Below are positions 61,647 to 64,000 of a DNA stretch of 64,000 nucleotides, one piece after another (within the stretch, counting starts at the first letter, position 1; every line of letters starts with the position of its first letter). Source of the stretch: Deferribacterales bacterium. Its GTDB lineage: Bacteria; Chrysiogenota; Deferribacteres; Deferribacterales; Geovibrionaceae. The stretch covers positions 320,001 through 384,000 of the forward strand of contig JBFWLW010000001.1 in NCBI GenBank assembly GCA_050251945.1. The letters run 5' to 3'. Both the position numbers and the translations under genes were made by a program. Under the pieces are notes generated by a model. The model ran no database searches. It had not been told where the DNA came from and saw nothing but the letters and a program-made list of their open reading frames with translations.

Positions 61647-62326
61647 CAAAAGACGAAATTCTATCCATCCTTAAAGAAAAAAGCTCGGAAGAGAATAAGG
61701 AAGGAATGTCCAAAGCCGGTATAAACACGGCGAACGCATATGGCGTCACCGTGGTGGATCTGCGCGAAATATCAAAAAAACTCAGAAAAAACCATGAACT
61801 CGCTCTGGAGCTGTGGGATACGGGTATCCACGAGGCACGGATTCTGGCAACCATCCTTGCCGATAAGGATCTTGTGGACGATGCTCTCCTTGAAAAATGG
61901 GTCATGGATATTAATTCATGGGATCTTTGCGACCAGTTCTGCACAAACCTTGCCTATAAGACTGAAAGCGGGAAGATGAAAGTTTACGAATGGGCGGTTC
62001 AAAATGAAACGTTTGTAAAACGCGCCGGATTTGCACTCATCGCAAACTTTGCATCAAAAGACGAAACACTCACCGCAGCCGAGGTAGATAGCTATTGTAC
62101 GCTTATACTGAATGAATGTGACGACAGCCGCAACTATGTCCGCAAAGCGATAAGCTGGGCGTTGCGCAGTATCGGAAAACGCAATGAGGATTACCGCAAG
62201 CACGCTGTCAAAATAGCAAAGGTAATGCGCGACGGCGGATCGAAAACTGCAAAGACCACAGCAACTGAGGTTTTTAACGAACTGAACAGTAAAGAAGTGA
62301 AATCTAAATTCAAACCAAAAAAATAA
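61643..62326 (+). CDS. DNA alkylation repair protein (AlkD-like HEAT repeat)
   Basis: LALELW, SWDLCD, FVKRAG and YVRKAISWALRSIGKR. Confidence 0.85.
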   Translation: MTKDEILSILKEKSSEENKEGMSKAGINTANAYGVTVVDLREISKKLRKNHELALELWDTGIHEARILATILADKDLVDDALLEKWVMDINSWDLCDQFCTNLAYKTESGKMKVYEWAVQNETFVKRAGFALIANFASKDETLTAAEVDSYCTLILNECDDSRNYVRKAISWALRSIGKRNEDYRKHAVKIAKVMRDGGSKTAKTTATEVFNELNSKEVKSKFKPKK

Positions 62327-62381
62327 CATGCAAATCTGATTTTGCGTGGTAAACTTAATATTGAAGTATACGGAGCATCTT

Positions 62382-62654
62382 TTGAGTTATAAATATTTTA
62401 TAAACGATAAATGTGAATACTTCCCGTGTCACGGTCTTGCAGACCAGAACTGTCTGTTCTGTTATTGTCCGCTTTATTTCTTCCGCGACTGCGGAGGTGA
62501 TGCGCAATGGAAGGGAAACGTTAAAGACTGCTCCGCATGCACAAAAAATCACGATGAGAACAGTTATCAATTTATTATGGATCGTCTAGGCAAAGCCTTT
62601 GGCAATCTGAAAGAAAACGGAGAAATGCTCGCACTCGATAGAAAAACCGAATAA
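62382..62654 (+). CDS. Cysteine-rich small domain (zinc-finger-like) protein
   Basis: CEYFPCH...NCLFCYCPLY...C...KDCSAC. TTG start after GGAG. Confidence 0.75.
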   Translation: MSYKYFINDKCEYFPCHGLADQNCLFCYCPLYFFRDCGGDAQWKGNVKDCSACTKNHDENSYQFIMDRLGKAFGNLKENGEMLALDRKTE

Positions 62655-62683
62655 GGCTATTTAGATATTTTTTGTATCTTTTG

Positions 62684-62713
62684 TTGACAAAGCTCCCGCA
62701 CAAGATGTATTGT
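62684..62713 (+). promoter_or_regulatory. Putative sigma-70 promoter of the Rrf2-ccoN operon
   Basis: TTGACA-N18-TATTGT. Confidence 0.45.
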
Positions 62714-62732
62714 TTACCTGTGAGGTATACAA

Positions 62733-63176
62733 TTGGATTCATTCATACTGCGTGAAGAAGACTACGCCATAAGAATAATTGTGTTTCTGGCAACTGTCGG
62801 CAAACAGGTCAAAACCGACGACATCTGCCGCACTCTCTATCTTTCACGTCCTATAGTTGTCAAAATAATAAACAAACTTAAAAACTGCGGTTTTATCATA
62901 ACAAAAACAGGAAAGGACGGCGGTCTGACTATCAGCGACCATACACTGGAAGCAAGCATATATGACATTCTTGCCTGCATGGGCTTCACCGGAAGGGTGA
63001 ACTCCTGCAAAACGGACAACGCAACCTGCCAGCTTTTCCCCATCTGCAAGATCAACAGACTTTTCAGCAATATCCAGAAAGATATAGAGGATAGGCTGAA
63101 ACAGGCAAAGATAAAAGAGTTTCTTTTTAACGGTAACGAATTGTTTTCAAAATCCAAATCAATGCAGGAGGTCTGA
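62733..63176 (+). CDS. Rrf2-family transcriptional regulator
   Basis: EDYAIR, winged-HTH GKDGG, and a three-Cys C-x6-C-x5-C cluster motif. TTG start. Confidence 0.85.
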   Translation: MDSFILREEDYAIRIIVFLATVGKQVKTDDICRTLYLSRPIVVKIINKLKNCGFIITKTGKDGGLTISDHTLEASIYDILACMGFTGRVNSCKTDNATCQLFPICKINRLFSNIQKDIEDRLKQAKIKEFLFNGNELFSKSKSMQEV

Positions 63177-64000
63177 ATGAACAACGAGTTTCATTACGAC
63201 TACAAGACGGTACAGGGATTCGTTCTCTCCGCCATCTTCTGGGGTGTTATTGGTCTTGTGATCGGTCTTCTTATCTCTGCTCAGCTTTGGGATGCTAACC
63301 TTAATTTTGGTGAGTATTTCTCATACGGCAGACTTAGAACCCTTCACACCAATGTTCTGGCATACGGTCTCGGAATTGGAGCCGAATTCGGTATATTTTA
63401 TTATATCGTTATGAGGCTGACAAAGAGACCTCTGGTTCTTCCAAAGGTTGCACGCTTTCACCTTTGGCTGTTCAATGTAGGTATGGTGCTTGCGACGCTT
63501 TCACTTTTCGTAGGTATGAACCAGTCTCTTGAATATGCTGAGTTTGAGTGGCCCATCGACATTGCGATAGTTATCCTCTGGGTGCTTTTCGCAATCAACG
63601 TTCTCGGCAACGTGTTCACAAGAAAAGAGAAAAACATGTACGTTTCTCTCTGGTATGTAATAGCGACAATCATAACAGTGGCTATTCTGTACATCGTGAA
63701 CAACCTTGCTATTCCCGCATCGCTGACAAAATCCTATCACATTTTCGCAGGTGTAAACAGTGCGAACGTGGAATGGTGGTACGGACACAACGCCGTGGGT
63801 TTCCTTTTCACAACACCCATACTGGCAATGTTCTACTATTTCCTTCCTAAGTCTACCGGGCTGCCGATATACAGCCACAGACTTTCCATCATCTCTTTCT
63901 GGTCGCTGATATTCGCATATCTCTGGACAGGCGCACACCACCTTGTGTACACTCCCCTGCCCGACTGGATACAGACGCTGGGCATCGCCTTCACTCTGTT
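63177..64000 (+). CDS. ccoN: cbb3-type cytochrome c oxidase subunit I (runs off the window end; not in the ORF track)
   Basis: Manual translation from ATG 63177: SYGRLRTLHTN, EYAEFEW, WWYGHNAVGF, YSHRLS and WTGAHHL. Confidence 0.93.
   Translation, partial: MNNEFHYDYKTVQGFVLSAIFWGVIGLVIGLLISAQLWDANLNFGEYFSYGRLRTLHTNVLAYGLGIGAEFGIFYYIVMRLTKRPLVLPKVARFHLWLFNVGMVLATLSLFVGMNQSLEYAEFEWPIDIAIVILWVLFAINVLGNVFTRKEKNMYVSLWYVIATIITVAILYIVNNLAIPASLTKSYHIFAGVNSANVEWWYGHNAVGFLFTTPILAMFYYFLPKSTGLPIYSHRLSIISFWSLIFAYLWTGAHHLVYTPLPDWIQTLGIAFTL

Overview
A gene-dense bacterial chromosomal window made almost entirely of housekeeping genes. Protein style and gene content suggest a Deferribacterota-like anaerobe; this is an unverified inference. 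It holds about 58 CDSs. These cover purine and pyrimidine synthesis (purB, pyrD, pyrK, carB), pantothenate (panBCD), aspS/hisS, the SAM cycle (metK, ahcY, mtaD), murJ, lptFG, fliD/fliS, leuB, proC, fbp, maeB, DNA repair (recG, recO, nfo, xerD, AlkD-like), the era-CorC-ybeY-phoH-tRNA nucleotidyltransferase block, corA, and an Rrf2 regulator followed by a cbb3 oxidase ccoN that runs off the window end. I saw no rRNA, tRNA, CRISPR array, transposase or prophage. The most notable non-routine signals are four. (1) Three copies of a ~141-bp MITE-like element, each sitting between direct duplications of a different 20-24-bp terminator-like palindrome and carrying an internal inverted REP-like doublet. 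(2) A perfect in-frame 78-bp tandem duplication inside panC that doubles the LSSRN motif. (3) Short MD..SDS leader ORFs in front of both Mg2+-transport-related genes, corA and the CorC/HlyC gene. (4) A probable pan RNA leader upstream of panB.
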